This document shows, in pieces, positions 40,442 to 54,007 of a DNA stretch of 64,000 bases (its first letter is position 1; each line of letters begins with the position of its first letter). Position numbers and translations under genes: made by a program. Source of the stretch: Moniliella sp. 'wahieum' (lineage: Eukaryota); NCBI GenBank assembly GCA_003971905.1, contig RSEE01000019.1, positions 310,001-374,000 of the forward strand, written 5' to 3'. The notes under the pieces are model-generated. The model made no database searches. It saw nothing but the letters and a program-made list of their open reading frames with translations, and was not told where the DNA came from.

Positions 40442-43183
40442 TTAAGCGACAAAATCCTGGTCCCCAATCCGATCCCAAGTGCGCTCCCGTTCTTCCGGCT
40501 GAGTCTCGTCCCAAAGGGCACTGCCCGATCCTTTCGAGCTGGCCCCGACGGTGGTCGAGCCAGCGCGACCGTACATTGATTTTTTCCATACGATGGGCTG
40601 TGGAACAAGACCGAGAGGGTTAGCCAACGATTATTGCGGTCAGGGAGGAGACATACCTTGAGTGTCTTGAGTGCCCCACGATGGGCTTGACAAAGGGCCG
40701 CAATGTAGCGGCACGTTCTTTGTCTTCGTCCTGATCAGGATTGTAGTAGTACCACGGTTCGAGTGCATTGCCCGCCGCATCCTTGCCAGCTCGCTCAATC
40801 GCATCAAACTGAGGAAGAGACTGGAGAAGGAGGATCAAGTACTCGGTCCATGCTTTGCGTTGGATCAGGGCCTTGCGTGCCTCCGATACCCCCTGGGCTA
40901 CAGGCAAGGACCAAAGGGGATGAGCATCGCCTTGCTTCATCCCCACCCGCTCTGCCTGTTCCCCGGCTTCACCTTGCAACAGACCCGCAGTCCCAGCCAA
41001 TACTTGACGACAAGCTTCTCCGCCTGCCATGGTGGCCGTGCGGTGGAAACAACCACACCCGCCAAGAGACCAGGAGGTCATACGTGGGCGCCAGTGCCCG
41101 TACCGCCTCCCGGGCCTGGTCCCTCGCCATCAACTCATTTGCCTCACCCTTCACGTCGGTCGGAGCGGAGCGGGAGCTTCCTTACCGCCCCCACGGGTCG
41201 AACGGCGAGTTTTGGTCGATTTGGCTCGCTTCGAGGAAGGCATGCTCTCCCGTTCACTCTCCCTGCCACTCATGACTCATCTTGGCTGCGTTTCTTGCTC
41301 GAATCTTGGGAGTAAGCGGATAAGGCGGGTTTGTTAGAATGCTTGCCTTCAGCTGGAGTAGAAGTAGTAGGCGTTTCGCTCCTCTTGCGATTAGATTGTT
41401 TCGACATCTTAGCTGCAGGGGAAGCAGGAGGTTTGGTCCCTGCAGTAATGAGACGCCGAGGTACAGTCTTGTAGACAAAGTCACCGCGGGGATCTTGGAG
41501 CGGAAATTGAGCTCGACTGATCCATTGGGAGCATCAACCCGTTCACCTTCAAGTGAGTTTTCTGTAACAGGACCATTGACTGACAGCGGTGGGGCCATGG
41601 TGGAGTCAGAATTAGCGGCAGCAGGGTGTTGGATTGATTCTTGCGAGGGTGCGATCGCTTGTTCTTTGAGAGCCTGGCTGGTCGCGGGAGCGGGAGCAGG
41701 CTCCTGGCAGGGCTCTGCAGATGGGATGGGCGAAGAGCGGGTTGCAATTTCCGTCAGGTCACTTGAGGGAACCTCCACATCGGCTTCAAGTGTCTGGCAC
41801 GGGGCGGGGGCAGGTGCCAACGAGGAGGTCTCCATGTCAGGAACAGGAAGAGTAACATCAAGCTCGGTGTCCGACTCGAGCTTTTGGGCTTGCATCTGCA
41901 TCTCCTTGTTGTCCAGGAATCGGTGTAAACCGGCGCTGAGGACTGGGGCACATGCTCACCTCGCGTTCCGGCGATTCCCGCACAAGAGTAGGAGGAGATG
42001 AGGGAATGGCAAGACCAAGCGGGGGCGAAGACCGCAGCGCAAACGCGTCCGGACAGGGCGACGAGCTGCGCACCGAACAAGGTGGGGAGGAGGAGTTGTG
42101 TCCCCCGCGGTTGCGTTGAGAATGGGAAGGATACATGTCCATGTCTTCGTCCGAGCCAAGCTCAAGTTCCTGCACTTCGGGCAAGGAGCGAAGCACCTTG
42201 AAGGCCATTGGAGATGGCTCGATCGCGTCGCTAGAGGGCACCAGGTCGTATCGGATTTGAGCTCGGTATCGTACAAGGGAGACGAGGCTCGCATTTGCAC
42301 CTCTTTCGGACGGATCGAGATGGGCTTCTTGCACACCAGGGACAGAGAACCGAACGCGGGCAATACGACGGATCGCCTCGTCCTCTGTCTCAGTGTCGTC
42401 ATCGGTTGGGAGGACAACAGGTGCGCGGTCATCGTCGAAAGAAACTGGGGAAGTCTTGTGCTGCTCGACGGAAGTGCAGGCGACGGTCGGTAGTCGGGGC
42501 TGACACCTCTGAGGCCTTTGATGCCGGTGGGCGGACATTGGGAAAGTGCTCGACAACATAGACGCGGATACCGAAAAAGTCCAACTCGGTTGCAGCAGGA
42601 AGAGAAAGGTGATCTTTGGCGTCAGAGAGCACATTGGGTTGGGGACCCTCTTCGACCTCAAAGTCAAGTTGGTCGAAGAGATTGGCAACTTGGTCTTTGG
42701 GCAGCTCCAGGGTACCGAGGGCAAGGCGATGGGAGGTGCGGGGACGGCAGCGAGTGCCATCGATCAAAAGTCCGTTCTGGCCCACAACACGAATAACCCA
42801 ATGACCTTTGGAGCCGATTTGAACCCACTCCACGACCGCGTGAGCGCGACTCACATGACGCGCCTCGGCGGGGAGGGCAATGCTGCGCGACACGACATCG
42901 TTCGTGGACGCGGTAGGGCTGCCAGCCAACGGCGCGCGACCGAGGGTGACATGCACGCCACGAGAGACGACAAGCAGGTATGCCGGCGCGTCGGATGTAG
43001 CCGAGGGTGCGTTGGGATGGTGGCGTGCGCGCGTTGCGGGAACGATGGCGGACGGAACGCGGTAGAGCGCCGCCGAGGGCGAGGGCGTACGCGCGGAAGG
43101 CAGGTCGGGGTAGTGGTAGGCAGATGTGCCGATCTTGATGGGCGAGGTCCCGGGGGCAGCAAAGCCGGGGAAAGGATAGCCAT
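40442..43183 (-). CDS. TOS4: FHA-domain protein of the Tos4/Plm2 family; frameshifts, short intron near 40610-40656
   Basis: FHA motifs VTLGR...VSRAHA...IRVVGQNGLLIDG; long Ser/Pro-rich middle; C-terminal IERAGKDAAGNALEPWYYYNPDQDED resembles the Tos4/Plm2 conserved motif as I recall it. Confidence 0.75.
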
Positions 43184-44007
43184 GGCTCGATGATGGAGGA
43201 ACGGCGAAGGTGGGAGGGGGGGCTGGTGGGGGCGCAGAGAAAAGAAAGCTGCACGCGTCTGGCCCGCCTCGTGTCTTCTGCGTGCACCTCTGCTGGCGGA
43301 CAGAACCCTACGCGCTGCGCGCCGCTGTCGCATCGCGTCGGGCAGACATGGCACGAGCCACCGGTTTAGGCGGAAGGCGGAATGGACGCGCCGGCCGGTG
43401 AAAGTTGCAAGTCGGTAGCTGCCCCTTGCAAGCTGCCCGCCAGGCCGCAAGCAACGCGCTTTCAATTTCAGCCCAAGCTTTGTTCGTTTCAAATGTGCCG
43501 CTGGCTACAAATGCGACGGGTGGGGCTGTCACAAGCCTGGTGTGTCCTGGTGTGCGCTGTGCGGCGTCGTGCCGTGTCGGGGCAGCTACAATCCCGCGCT
43601 GTACCGCCGCTGCCTGCCGCTGCATGCCGCCCTGCTGTGACCGGCAGGCCTGTTCTGCCTGGTTTAAAAGCTCGTGACAGCCGACAACCCTAATACTCCT
43701 GCAGGGCCCCGTGCCTGTCGTTGCCGTCAGAATGCAACACACGCGCCTCGTGCCGGATGAATGTGCCGATCCACGCATTCCAGGTGTCTCACCTCGCCGC
43801 CTGGCGCCTGAGCGCCAGAGCAGTACTGTGCCCAACATCGAGTTTAGTGTGCTACAATCCTAATTAGGCCTTAGGACTCCCATCGTATCCGCCTTGTACC
43901 CCGTCGCACTTTTGCCCTCCGTGGGCCCTCTCACCTTCTTCCCCCACAACCTTCTCTTTCGCTCCCTCTCCTCCTGCCTCCTCCACACTCTCTTCAGCCG
44001 CCGTCCC

Positions 44008-45341
44008 ATGCCCCTCAATCTGGCTACGGCGGCCCATGCTGGCATGGCTCGCTCTTTCGCCTCCCTTCCGGCCCCATCGCTACCTACATCTACACGGCCG
44101 CAAACTCACTCTGCTAGGCCCTTCGGTCATCCATCCAATGTTCCTGACACCTTGTCACTTTTTGCCCGCCAGGCTGCGGCGACCGCGGCAGTCGCATCCT
44201 CTTCCCTCTCCTACTCCAGGCACTCCAATCCACTATTTTCGGTACCGACCGTGTCATTCAATCTGAGATCAAGACTATGCACGCGGACTCAACTGTTGCG
44301 TTTCGACAACACTTCTAGCATTACCGTTGCCATCATTGCGGTGGTTGTTGTTTTGGGTGGTGTCTTTTTGGCTTGCATCTTCGCGTCTGCCATCCTGAGC
44401 AAAACAATGCCCCCCGACACGAAGCATTCCCGTACGCCCAGGCGGCAGGGCCGCCATCAATGTACCAGCCTAGTGCATCGAGGTCTAGATCGAGGTTATT
44501 CAAGCACGCAACTACCTCGGAGCTGGACTACCCTTCTCACCTGTTTGAATTGGGAGCTGCGCCGGCTGGTGGCATTTCGCAGCACACGCGCACTGGATCC
44601 TCAGCCTTGAGTTTGTCAGGTCTAGTTATGCCCTCCCGTCGCAGTATCAATTCCGGGCCATCTCAATCGTACCAACCTCCAGGTAATCCAACATTGCCGC
44701 CAGCAGCTGGCTCTGGGAGGGTTCATTACAACGGCCGTGAGATGACCATCAACATGGCGGGGCCTGATGCTAATGCTGAAGCGAAGCGTGCGGCCGAAGA
44801 TCGTCTCAATCGTGAACGGAATCGCCGCAGCACCATCATTCGCGGCCCTCCTCCCATGACTGATGGGAAGCGTACAAGTCGATACAGTCGGTTGTCGATG
44901 GTTGCGAAACAGCCGCAACGCACGCGCCAACATCGCGTTTCCATCCACTCTACCTCTGACGCCATTGAGGGCACGAAGGGAAATATTTCTGCTCGCAGGC
45001 GTGGCGTCACGTCTACCGGTGCTGGTATGGTGCGTACTCCCAGTAATCGGTGGAAAGGTGATGACGAGAGCGGCGGCTACACGGGCTGTCGCGGGAGCCC
45101 TCACAAGTCCATTTCGCGCGTATCGAGGCGCCCATCCGACTCCGGTCGCCAAAGTCCATCGCCTTTTGACACTAGGGCGGTCAGTATGATCTCGGCTGAT
45201 TCGGACAGAATGTATGATGCGATCTCGGCTTACGACTCCGTCGAGCCCCAATGGAGTGCTGCCACACCAGACTCCCAGGTTAATCTGCTGGACCCGCTCC
45301 AGACTCATGGGCCTGGTCCCTTTGTCATCGCCCATGGCTAA
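44008..45341 (+). CDS. Hypothetical single-pass membrane protein with Ser/Arg-rich tail; frameshifted
   Basis: TM-like ITVAIIAVVVVLGGVFLACIFASAIL followed, after a frame change, by a 300+ codon hydrophilic ORF ending at 45341 and a pyrimidine-rich 3'UTR-like tract. Confidence 0.5.
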
Positions 45342-46489
45342 AGTCGCATGCATTATTTTTATTGAGGAGGAGAGTGCCGATATTCTTCCCTTCCTCATCG
45401 TTCTCTTTCACTTATTGGCTTTCCCACCACGATTCTGCTCCTATGCCCTTTTCGTGTGCCCTGCTTTCTCAGCTACCTTGCAACTCTCAGGCACATTACC
45501 TATGTGTGCTGAGTCCTGGTTGGAGTTGGGCGGTTTTCGGACTCTTTTCTCCTTTTTTGGGGTTTTGTTTTCTACCTTCGTCTTTCGTTTGCGAGATATC
45601 CGAGAGGTCCCACCTCTCTTATTGTCAGACTGGCCCCAAAAACTTGGTTCTCTATTGCTTTCATGCGGTAAACGGGGTCGTTTTTTTGCCCTGGTGCGGT
45701 GCACCTTGTGAGAATTTCCCTCCCCGGTCGTCTCCCCGACTTGATGTATTATCTCTTCCCCTACTCCCTCTCGTCTTTGGGTTCTACTCTCCTACTCCGG
45801 TTATTCTCCTACTCCGGTTATGAATCGCTAGTACCACCCCCCACTGCTATCTCACATCGTGACGGGATACGTAGTAGAGGGATGCTTTCCTTCTCACATG
45901 GAGTATATTCGGTGGACGTGGCGGGCTCCTTTCATAGTCTGCGGGACCAATGGTGTCCTCAAGACGCTGAAGACGGTGAAGGTGCTGGTATTCTTTCGGG
46001 CTTCGCGCGTTTACCGGATTATAGTGGTGCCCACCAAAAAATTCGCGAAATGAGGTAGATTTGTGCTACTTTAATTAGTGCGCCAACGTGGTGCGTGGAC
46101 TTGCTCACTGAGATCACCGACGGTCGATGATGCTTAGCTCAGCTCCTCCCTCGGACATGGTGCGGTAGAAGCGGAGAAAACACTGGACGTCGATCGAAAT
46201 GGCCGGCCACGTAGGCTGTTGGCAGTGAGCGTAGTGAGCATTACCAATAGGCTGCCCTTGCACTGCTCCTGTGCCACGTGGTTTATCCCCAAGGTTTTGT
46301 TCGGACTTGATACGCCTCATGCTTCAAGCTTCACTCACCGCTTCAAGCTCCAAGTTTCAGAGCATGTCTTCTCCGTGCCTTCCCCTGCGCCGCTATTTCC
46401 GCGTCGGCTTTTCAATGCTCCCTCCAAGACGACACCTTTTCCACCCTTCCACCGTCTGACACTTCCTTTCCCCCCCCCCCATCTCCACC

Positions 46490-48797
46490 ATGGCGCCGCG
46501 CACCCTCTACCAGAAGATCTTTGACGACCATCTCATCCGGGAGGAGGAAGATGGCACCTGCCTTATCTACATTGACCGCCACCTTGTCCATGAGGTAACT
46601 TCGCCGCAGGCATTCGAAGGCCTGCGTCTCGCAAATCGTCCTGTGCGTCGCACCGACTGCACTCTCGCCACTGTCGACCACAACATTCCTACTAGCAGCA
46701 GGAAAAAGTACGTGGACACGGCCTCGTTTATCGAAGAACCCAGCTCGCGCACCCAAGTCGTCACCCTCGAGCACAATGTCAAGGAATTCGGCCTTACCTT
46801 CTTTGGCATGACCGACGATCGACAAGGCATTGTCCATGTCATTGGCCCCGAGCAGGGCTTTACCCTCCCTGGTGCTACAATTGTCTGCGGTGATTCGCAC
46901 ACCTCTACCCATGGCGCCTTTGGTGCGCTAGCCTTTGGCATTGGTACCTCCGAAGTGGAACACGTCCTCGCGACGCAGACCATCATCCAAAAGCGGGCCA
47001 AAAACATGCGCGTCCAAGTCGATGGCGAGCTTGCGCCTGGAGTCAACTCGAAGGACATTGTTCTTCATGTTATTGGACTTATTGGTACCGCGGGGGGCAC
47101 TGGGAGCGTGATTGAATTTTGCGGGACGACAATTGAGAAGCTGTCGATGGAGGCGCGCATGTCGATCTGCAACATGTCTATTGAGGGAGGCGCACGTGCC
47201 GGTCTCATTGCTCCCGATGAGGTCACATTTGCGTACTTGAAGAACCGCCCGCTCGCTCCCAAGGGCGAAGAGTGGGAGAAGGCGGTGGCATACTGGAAGT
47301 CACTTCCTTCCGACCCAGACGCCAAGTACGATGTGGTGGTCAAGATTGATGCTAAGGACATTCCTCCCACTGTCACCTGGGGCACCTCGCCTCAGGATGC
47401 GATCAGTATTACCGCATCGGTTCCCGACCCGGCCAAGGCTAAGGACGAGACACAAGCTGCTGCCTGGAAGCGCTCACTAGCCTACATGGGTCTCGAGCCT
47501 AACACGCCCATGGAGCAAATCAAAATCCACAAGGTTTTTATCGGTTCGTGCACCAACTCGCGTATTGAGGATCTGCGCAGCGCCGCTCAGGTGCTCCATG
47601 GCCGCAAAGTGGCGGAGGGAGTGTACGCCATGCTCGTGCCCGGATCGGGCTTGATCAAGAAGCAAGCCGAGGCTGAGGGCCTGGACAAGGTGTTCAAGGC
47701 GGCTGGGTTTGACTGGCGCGAGGCTGGCTGCTCCATGTGTCTGGGCATGAACCCGGACCAGCTCGAGCCTGGGGAACGCTGCGCCTCTACATCCAACCGT
47801 AACTTTGAGGGCCGGCAGGGACCTGGGGGTCGCACTCACCTCGTCTCTCCTGCCATGGCTGCCGCTGCGGCTGTGACGGGGCATCTGACTGATGTGCGTA
47901 CTCTCCTTGCCGGCTCGCCCAAGACTGCCGCGGCTCATGCCCAAGTGGAGATCCTGGACGGCAAGACCTTCCTTCCCCCTGCGGAGGCCCCACCCACCCC
48001 ACAGCCGGAGGAGCCGCAGGCCCCTGTGGATGCACCCCCGAGTCAAACGGATGAGGACTGTTTGGAGGATGTACCAATCAGTATGGAGACCACGGCAGGC
48101 AGTGGACTCAAAACGTTCACCACCCTCTCAGGCATTGCAGCCCCGATTGAGCGGGCCAATGTGGACACGGACTTGATTATCCCAGCCAAATTCCTCAAGG
48201 TGATCACTCGTTCGGGTTTGGGAGGAGCACTGCTCAATACTCTCCGCTACAACAAGGACACTGGGGCGCCAAACCCCGATTTTGTCCTCAATCAAGAGCC
48301 CTGGTCACATGCCAAGTTTATTGTGGCCGGGCCTAACTGGGGCTGTGGTTCGTCGCGTGAGCATGCGGCCTGGTCCTTGCTTGACTTTGGCATCCGTGCC
48401 GTCATTGCGCCTTCAATCGCCGATATTCACGCCACCAACCTGTCTAAGAATGGGATTGTGGGTGTTGTCCTTCCCCAAGAACAAGTGGACCGGGTTATGG
48501 CGGATGCCAAGGCTGCCAAGACGGTGACGGTGGATCTACCGAACCAGGTGGTGGTACTCGAGGACGGTTCTAGTTAGTTTCCCCTTCTCCATCTCGCCAT
48601 TTACCAAGCACTGTCTTATCAATGGTTTGGACGACATTAGTCTCACCCTCCAGCACGAGAAGTCTATCGAGTCCTTTGAGAAGACGCGCTCTTTGAAGTA
48701 CCCTTGGCTCAATGGCGTGGGCTACAAGGGCCCCGGCCCCAAAGCCATTCCTATCATCTCGGGCGATGCTGTCAAGAAACAAAAAATTGACTGGTAA
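46490..48797 (+). CDS. LEU1: 3-isopropylmalate dehydratase (fused large and small subunit); interrupted by a 4-bp duplication at 48571-48578
   Basis: [93 protein letters not shown]; the continuation [15 protein letters not shown]...KKQKIDW* is in the shifted frame. Confidence 0.97.
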
Positions 48798-49812
48798 AGC
48801 AGTCTCACTGTCTGTCATCTTGTTGTTATACGTCGGCTCGCGGTTATGCATGGTAATACCGTTCTCTTGTTTTTCTGCAAGCAGTTTCTTCACATAGAAT
48901 TTCTCGATATATAGTCTCTTAGTTTGTTTGTCCTGCTAGCACCTCATCGACGGTGCCATTCTTCCGAATGCAACTCTCGTTTGCAGGGGGTATCGCAAGT
49001 TCAAGAGCTACCTACCTCACTCTCCGCGCTGAGATCGACCCAAAAAGCATGCAAAGTAATACACTACGTCGGAGATCATGCCTGGGACATTCGAGGACCT
49101 CCGTCCCCAGGCTCTGTTGATTATACGGCGATTCGATGTGGATCAATATGTGGAAATGCCTGGAAAAGCGCCTGACCCTCTACCGCGACTTGTGTGCTCT
49201 CAATATGTACGTGGGCCTGCTGTGCTAGCATGTGATGATGCTCGTCACTCCCTCATCGAGTCATCCGCATCTCATATCTTTTCTTGTGCACAGTTCTGAG
49301 AAAATATTAGCCGCAGCCACAGAGCCGCGGATGCGCTTCTAGATGAAGCCGACGATAGCCCGCCACCGTGGTGTCAGTGTGTCAACAGGCATGGTGTGCT
49401 TGCTTCTGGACTTGTTCCATCTGCATAGAAAATCGGCAGCTGATGCGATGAGATGACGCGGCACTTCCCGTATTTTATGGGGAGTCACAAGTGTCATACT
49501 CGAGCCCCTATATCCGCGTTTGCCAGTCGCAGTTGGCCAGTGGAGGGTGATCGGTGAGCGAAACGTTGAAACACGATCAACTCCGCACTCCGGAGTAAGT
49601 TGATCGCTGACGCGTGAGTGAGGCGGGGTCGATGATCCGGCCCGGCCCGACCACCGATCTGACGCAGTCTAGTCCATCTGACGCCCGCCAGCGCACCGCT
49701 CGCCCAACCACATGGCTGGCGACCGCTGTGACTCGGGTCACCGGTGAACTGCCACCATGACCAGTGAACGGGTTAGTGTATTTTTTCGCCACCATCGCAG
49801 CTCAGCGTGTGG

Positions 49813-51750
49813 ATGCTTGCCGCTACGCCCCCACCACCTCCCCCGTCGCCGCAGTCATCCTCACAACCCGCACGGGACCCCCCAAAACCTTCCAAGCAGC
49901 CCCCCTTGTCTACATCATTTGCGCGCCCACCCACCTCTCAACCTTGGTATCCGGCCCCGCCTGCGTCCAGGTATGCGCACCAGTCCCCACACTGCTGTCC
50001 CATCTGTCGAGTGCAAAGGACGCCAATTACTCAGGCTGAGTGCTGACCATCTCTTCTCTATTTCCGGGTTCAACAGCAGCCTTCCCTCTCTCTCATCATT
50101 GTTTTGAATGATCAACTCGCCCCGAGGTTTCCATGATCAAGCTACTGCACAACATATAACGACGGACCGGATTGCAAGGCTGGAGGAGCGGGCGGCTTTT
50201 GGAGTAGAAGCGGATTCCTGCATGCCTGCGTGTACCCCACCTTGCCCCGTTCGCGTCGTGATTCTCCTCGGGAACCTTGCAGGGCACTTGCGATGGAATC
50301 TCCCGCTTCTTTCGACATAGAGGAGCGAGGAGATGAAGAAGGCCCTCGCCGCAAGAAGCCCAAGCTCGGTCCCCTTTCTTCTTCCAGCCGTGGTTTAACC
50401 TCGCGCTGCGCTCGTCATTGCAAGTCTGAAGGGACTTCTGACCTCAAGCGTTCCTATAAGCTCCTCGGTTCATTCACTTGTCCTATTTGTCTCGACGTGA
50501 TCAAGAATGCTGTGGCTACCCCTTGTGGCCATATGATGTGCGGTGAATGTCTCTTCAACATCTTCAAAGCAGATGCCTTGACGAAGCAAGAGAAGGACCG
50601 TGGTCAGCAGCGTTTGACGGTGCTGTGTGATATGGCTCGAGGGGTACCGGAAACTCCAGTGTCTCCAGCTCTTTCCGGCTCGAGTACCCAAAGCCGGGCC
50701 CTCTACTTTCTATCTGCCCAGCAAATCGCCAACGTCCTCGAATCCGCCACTCGATCCACCACTCAATACTGGCTCATTCGCTTTATTGAGAATGCTCGGA
50801 CCAAGGTGGGTCATAGGACCCACCGATCTTGGTCCAACTTCCTCTGTGAACTTCTTCGTATGGCTATCTGCCCGGGAGTATCTCTAGCGAGGGAGGGGCC
50901 ACCTCAGGGTCGGTTCAAGATATGGGTGTATTCCTCGCCACGGCCTCCTCCTCTCACCTGGCGTCGTTACTCTGTTCCACCCGGGCACCCAAAGGCACTA
51001 TCGAGCAGGCCGCCCTAGATGCCGGAATCAAGCTTTCCGCCAATCGATCGGTTGATCTGGATCTTCAAACCTGTAACTCATCCCTTGGCGCCTTACCGGT
51101 GATTTGGTCCTTGTTCTCCACCGCTGCACCCGACTGGGTCCAAGTATTTGACCAACTTAAGAGCACCACTGAGTTGATTGAGGTGATACGGAAGACGGGC
51201 GTGCGCCTGTCGCTACAAGAGCCGTTGGCCCAGGGTTTCTTGCCCAATGCGTCCTCTGACGGTCTGTCTTTGGTATCGGCACTGGACATTGCCCAAGCAA
51301 ACGACACGAGTCAAGTGCTTTCCTCAGCCGATGCTCCGAGCCCAGCTGTTTCAAGTCCTGGACCAGCTATCGGCCTGTCTTTGGACACTGACGGATCCAA
51401 CCCGGACCTTCGACGAATTTCTTGCTGCGGCGCAAAGCCAGCGTGCCGACGCATTTAGACGTCGGGATCCTCACAGCCCCTCACGTTTCCGTCTCACCGC
51501 GGATGAGTTGGACCCTTTGCTCGGTACGCCTTGCCCTGTTTGTCGGACCTCCATACCCGGTGGCTTCTTTGGCAAGATCCAACGGCAAGGAGTGCAAGGC
51601 CTCAAATTCAAGATGGGCAAACCGCTTCAGGACGCTGCTTCTCCAGTTGCCGGTGGCCGCCCCCGTGGCTCAAAAGAGAGCAGACGGTCACCACAACACC
51701 TACTGATGGTCAACGAGAGCTTCCCCTGCCATCATCGTAACCCCACGTGA
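49813..51750 (+). CDS. RING (C3HC4) finger protein, possibly Slx8/RNF4-like, with the last Cys pair displaced far downstream; probable intron ~49971-50077; frameshifts
   Basis: FTCPICLDVIKNAVATPCGHMMCGECLF at ~50475-50560; TPCPVCRTSIPGGFFG...GVQGLKFKM at ~51525-51615; NLS-like PRRKKPK. Confidence 0.65.
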
Positions 51751-52523
51751 GATCTTCCCTTCCGGTGGAACGCACGGTTCTTTCCCCTAAGGAAAGAGGG
51801 TGATTACGCGGGAGGTGTATTATGTATGAGTTTGCTCCTTTACTTAGCAGCAGACGCGTGTGGAATCATCATCATCTTTAATTCAAGGACTGTTGGTATC
51901 GGTGCGAGTCGTCGGGCTTTGATAGAGAATACAGATAGTAGAACCCTGCTTCACACCGACTCAAATCTTTCGGTGCATGCACTCTCGTCATTGGTCGTTG
52001 ATGAACGAGTTGACTTAGAGCTCGTTGGCAAAGCATTGGGGTGCGCTTGATGGAAGGAGATGAGCGTTGATGTTGAGCGTTCAAGCAATACGCTTTACGC
52101 GCGCGTTCCGGCTCATCAGACCAACTGTTTGAGGTTGGTTGAGCGGAGGGACTTTTTGGTATACTTGCCTCTCACGGTGCGTATCCAATGCCTACGGGAC
52201 GCTTGCCGAACACACGTCAAGCAACTGTCGCGCCGTGGCAACCTGTGACCGAAAACAGTGGGCCCCGACTAATAAGAGCTGGGAGGTCGATCATGACCAC
52301 CGAGGTTGAAGAAGATCGAGTGGAGGTAGTATCGGTCGCCGAGAGAAATACAGGGGAGAATAGCCAGGAGGGGCATAGAAGAAGTTCACTCGAACGAGCC
52401 ACCAGCTTCAACCTTCAACTTCAAGCTCTTCAAGCTTCAAGAGCTTCAAGTGAATCCCGGCATGCATCAGGTCACGCGCTACGCGTTTTTAAGTCGCGAG
52501 GACTTGGTGACGCCGATAACGCA

Positions 52524-52596
52524 TGACGCGTGACGTATGACCTGTGACGTGTGACACGTGTGACATGTGGCATGCATGACATGTGACATGTGACAC
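52524..52596. repeat. Imperfect tandem array of TGAC(A/G)(T/C)G units
   Basis: tgacgcg tgacgta tgacctg tgacgtg tgacacgtg tgacatg ... tgacatg tgacatg tgacac read directly. Confidence 0.75.
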
Positions 52597-54007
52597 CTCG
52601 CGTTGTGAGGCCCAGTTACTAGTTACTCAAGTACTTAGTCACACTAGTCACTGCCACTGTGGGACAGGTTCAAAATGTTCAGGAGACGTTCAGGCCCTCA
52701 GCGCCGCAGCGGCGCTCAGCCGCTCAGCTGAGCCGCTCACGCTCAGGTTAGGCCATCGATCATCGACGTCATCGAATCGATCCTCCGGCCTGATACACTG
52801 CTGCAGATGCCTCGGCGCCAGCCATAGCTGCACATAATGGGGGTACATACATGTTAGGGTCAAACGGGCGAACTTGTGTTTCTTCACCAAAAAGGCAGGA
52901 GTAGCCCTTGCCAAAGGCTCGAGATCGAGAGCAGTTCCGAGCCCAGCATCTTTTGGTTCAGCGTACGAAGCGCTTCAAGCTGCAGCGCACTTGGCGCACT
53001 TAGCGCTCAGGCTGAGCTCCCCTCAGGCCGCCGGCCACGACGCCTCCTTCTGGGGAATACGGGGGCACTGCAAACCCATGTATCGCTTGCCTGGCTGTCC
53101 ACACACTCCGGCAGCTTCGTCAAAAAATTCAGCGATTTAACTGTGCATGAGTACCATGAGTGCGGGCTGAGCCTCAAGCTCACAGGCCGAAACTGGTCCA
53201 GTGCGCTCTCAGTACTCAGTTTGAGTTCAACGTTCAGACGTTATTCAGAATAGCTGAAGCTTAAGAGCGCCGTTTAAGTGCTTTTGAGCGATAGACGTTG
53301 AGCGCTGAGGCGCTGAGACCGGTCAAAAAAGCTATTTACTTATGAGGTCATCGCCGTGCTCGCATCAAAACATCTCACACACAGGATTCCTCCTCTTTCC
53401 GGCTTGGAGAGGTCTGGAATAGGGTCTTGGAGCGTGGGAAGAGCAGGACATCGTAGTTATGACGTTTTTATACACACGAATGGGCCTTCCACATTGGTGA
53501 TCGGCCAAATATGCACGACACGATCCCCATTGCAGAGGCAACTGGAGGACTGCCCCGTACTGCGCAGCATCATCTCTGTCTATCTCCTCCTCCCTCTCCC
53601 CCGCGGAGTGAACCAATCACCCCCCACAACCATTCAATCTCGAGCCTGAGGCCCTAGGCCTCTGTGCTCAGATGCGCTCAGCAGCACTCAGCCTCAGCGC
53701 TCAGGCCCAGTGCCCTAGCCCCGGATCCCTATACCAGTCCATGTGACTCTCCAGATATCGTGGCCTGGTTCAGATCGAATCTCAGATCTCACTGGGGTTC
53801 GCATACGCACCTATCGGTTCACCGAGACCGCGGATGTATCGTCTCTTCAACAGCTCTCTTCAGATTGTGGGTATCATTCTCTTTCCTTCCTCCCACCACA
53901 CCCTTTTGCCTTCTCATCTCTCGTCTGGCTGAGCCTGTCGACTTTGGTGAGAACACCGCCCGCGTTATCTCCTCGCAATCCCGCTTTATCTCGGCTATCT
54001 GGACGAC

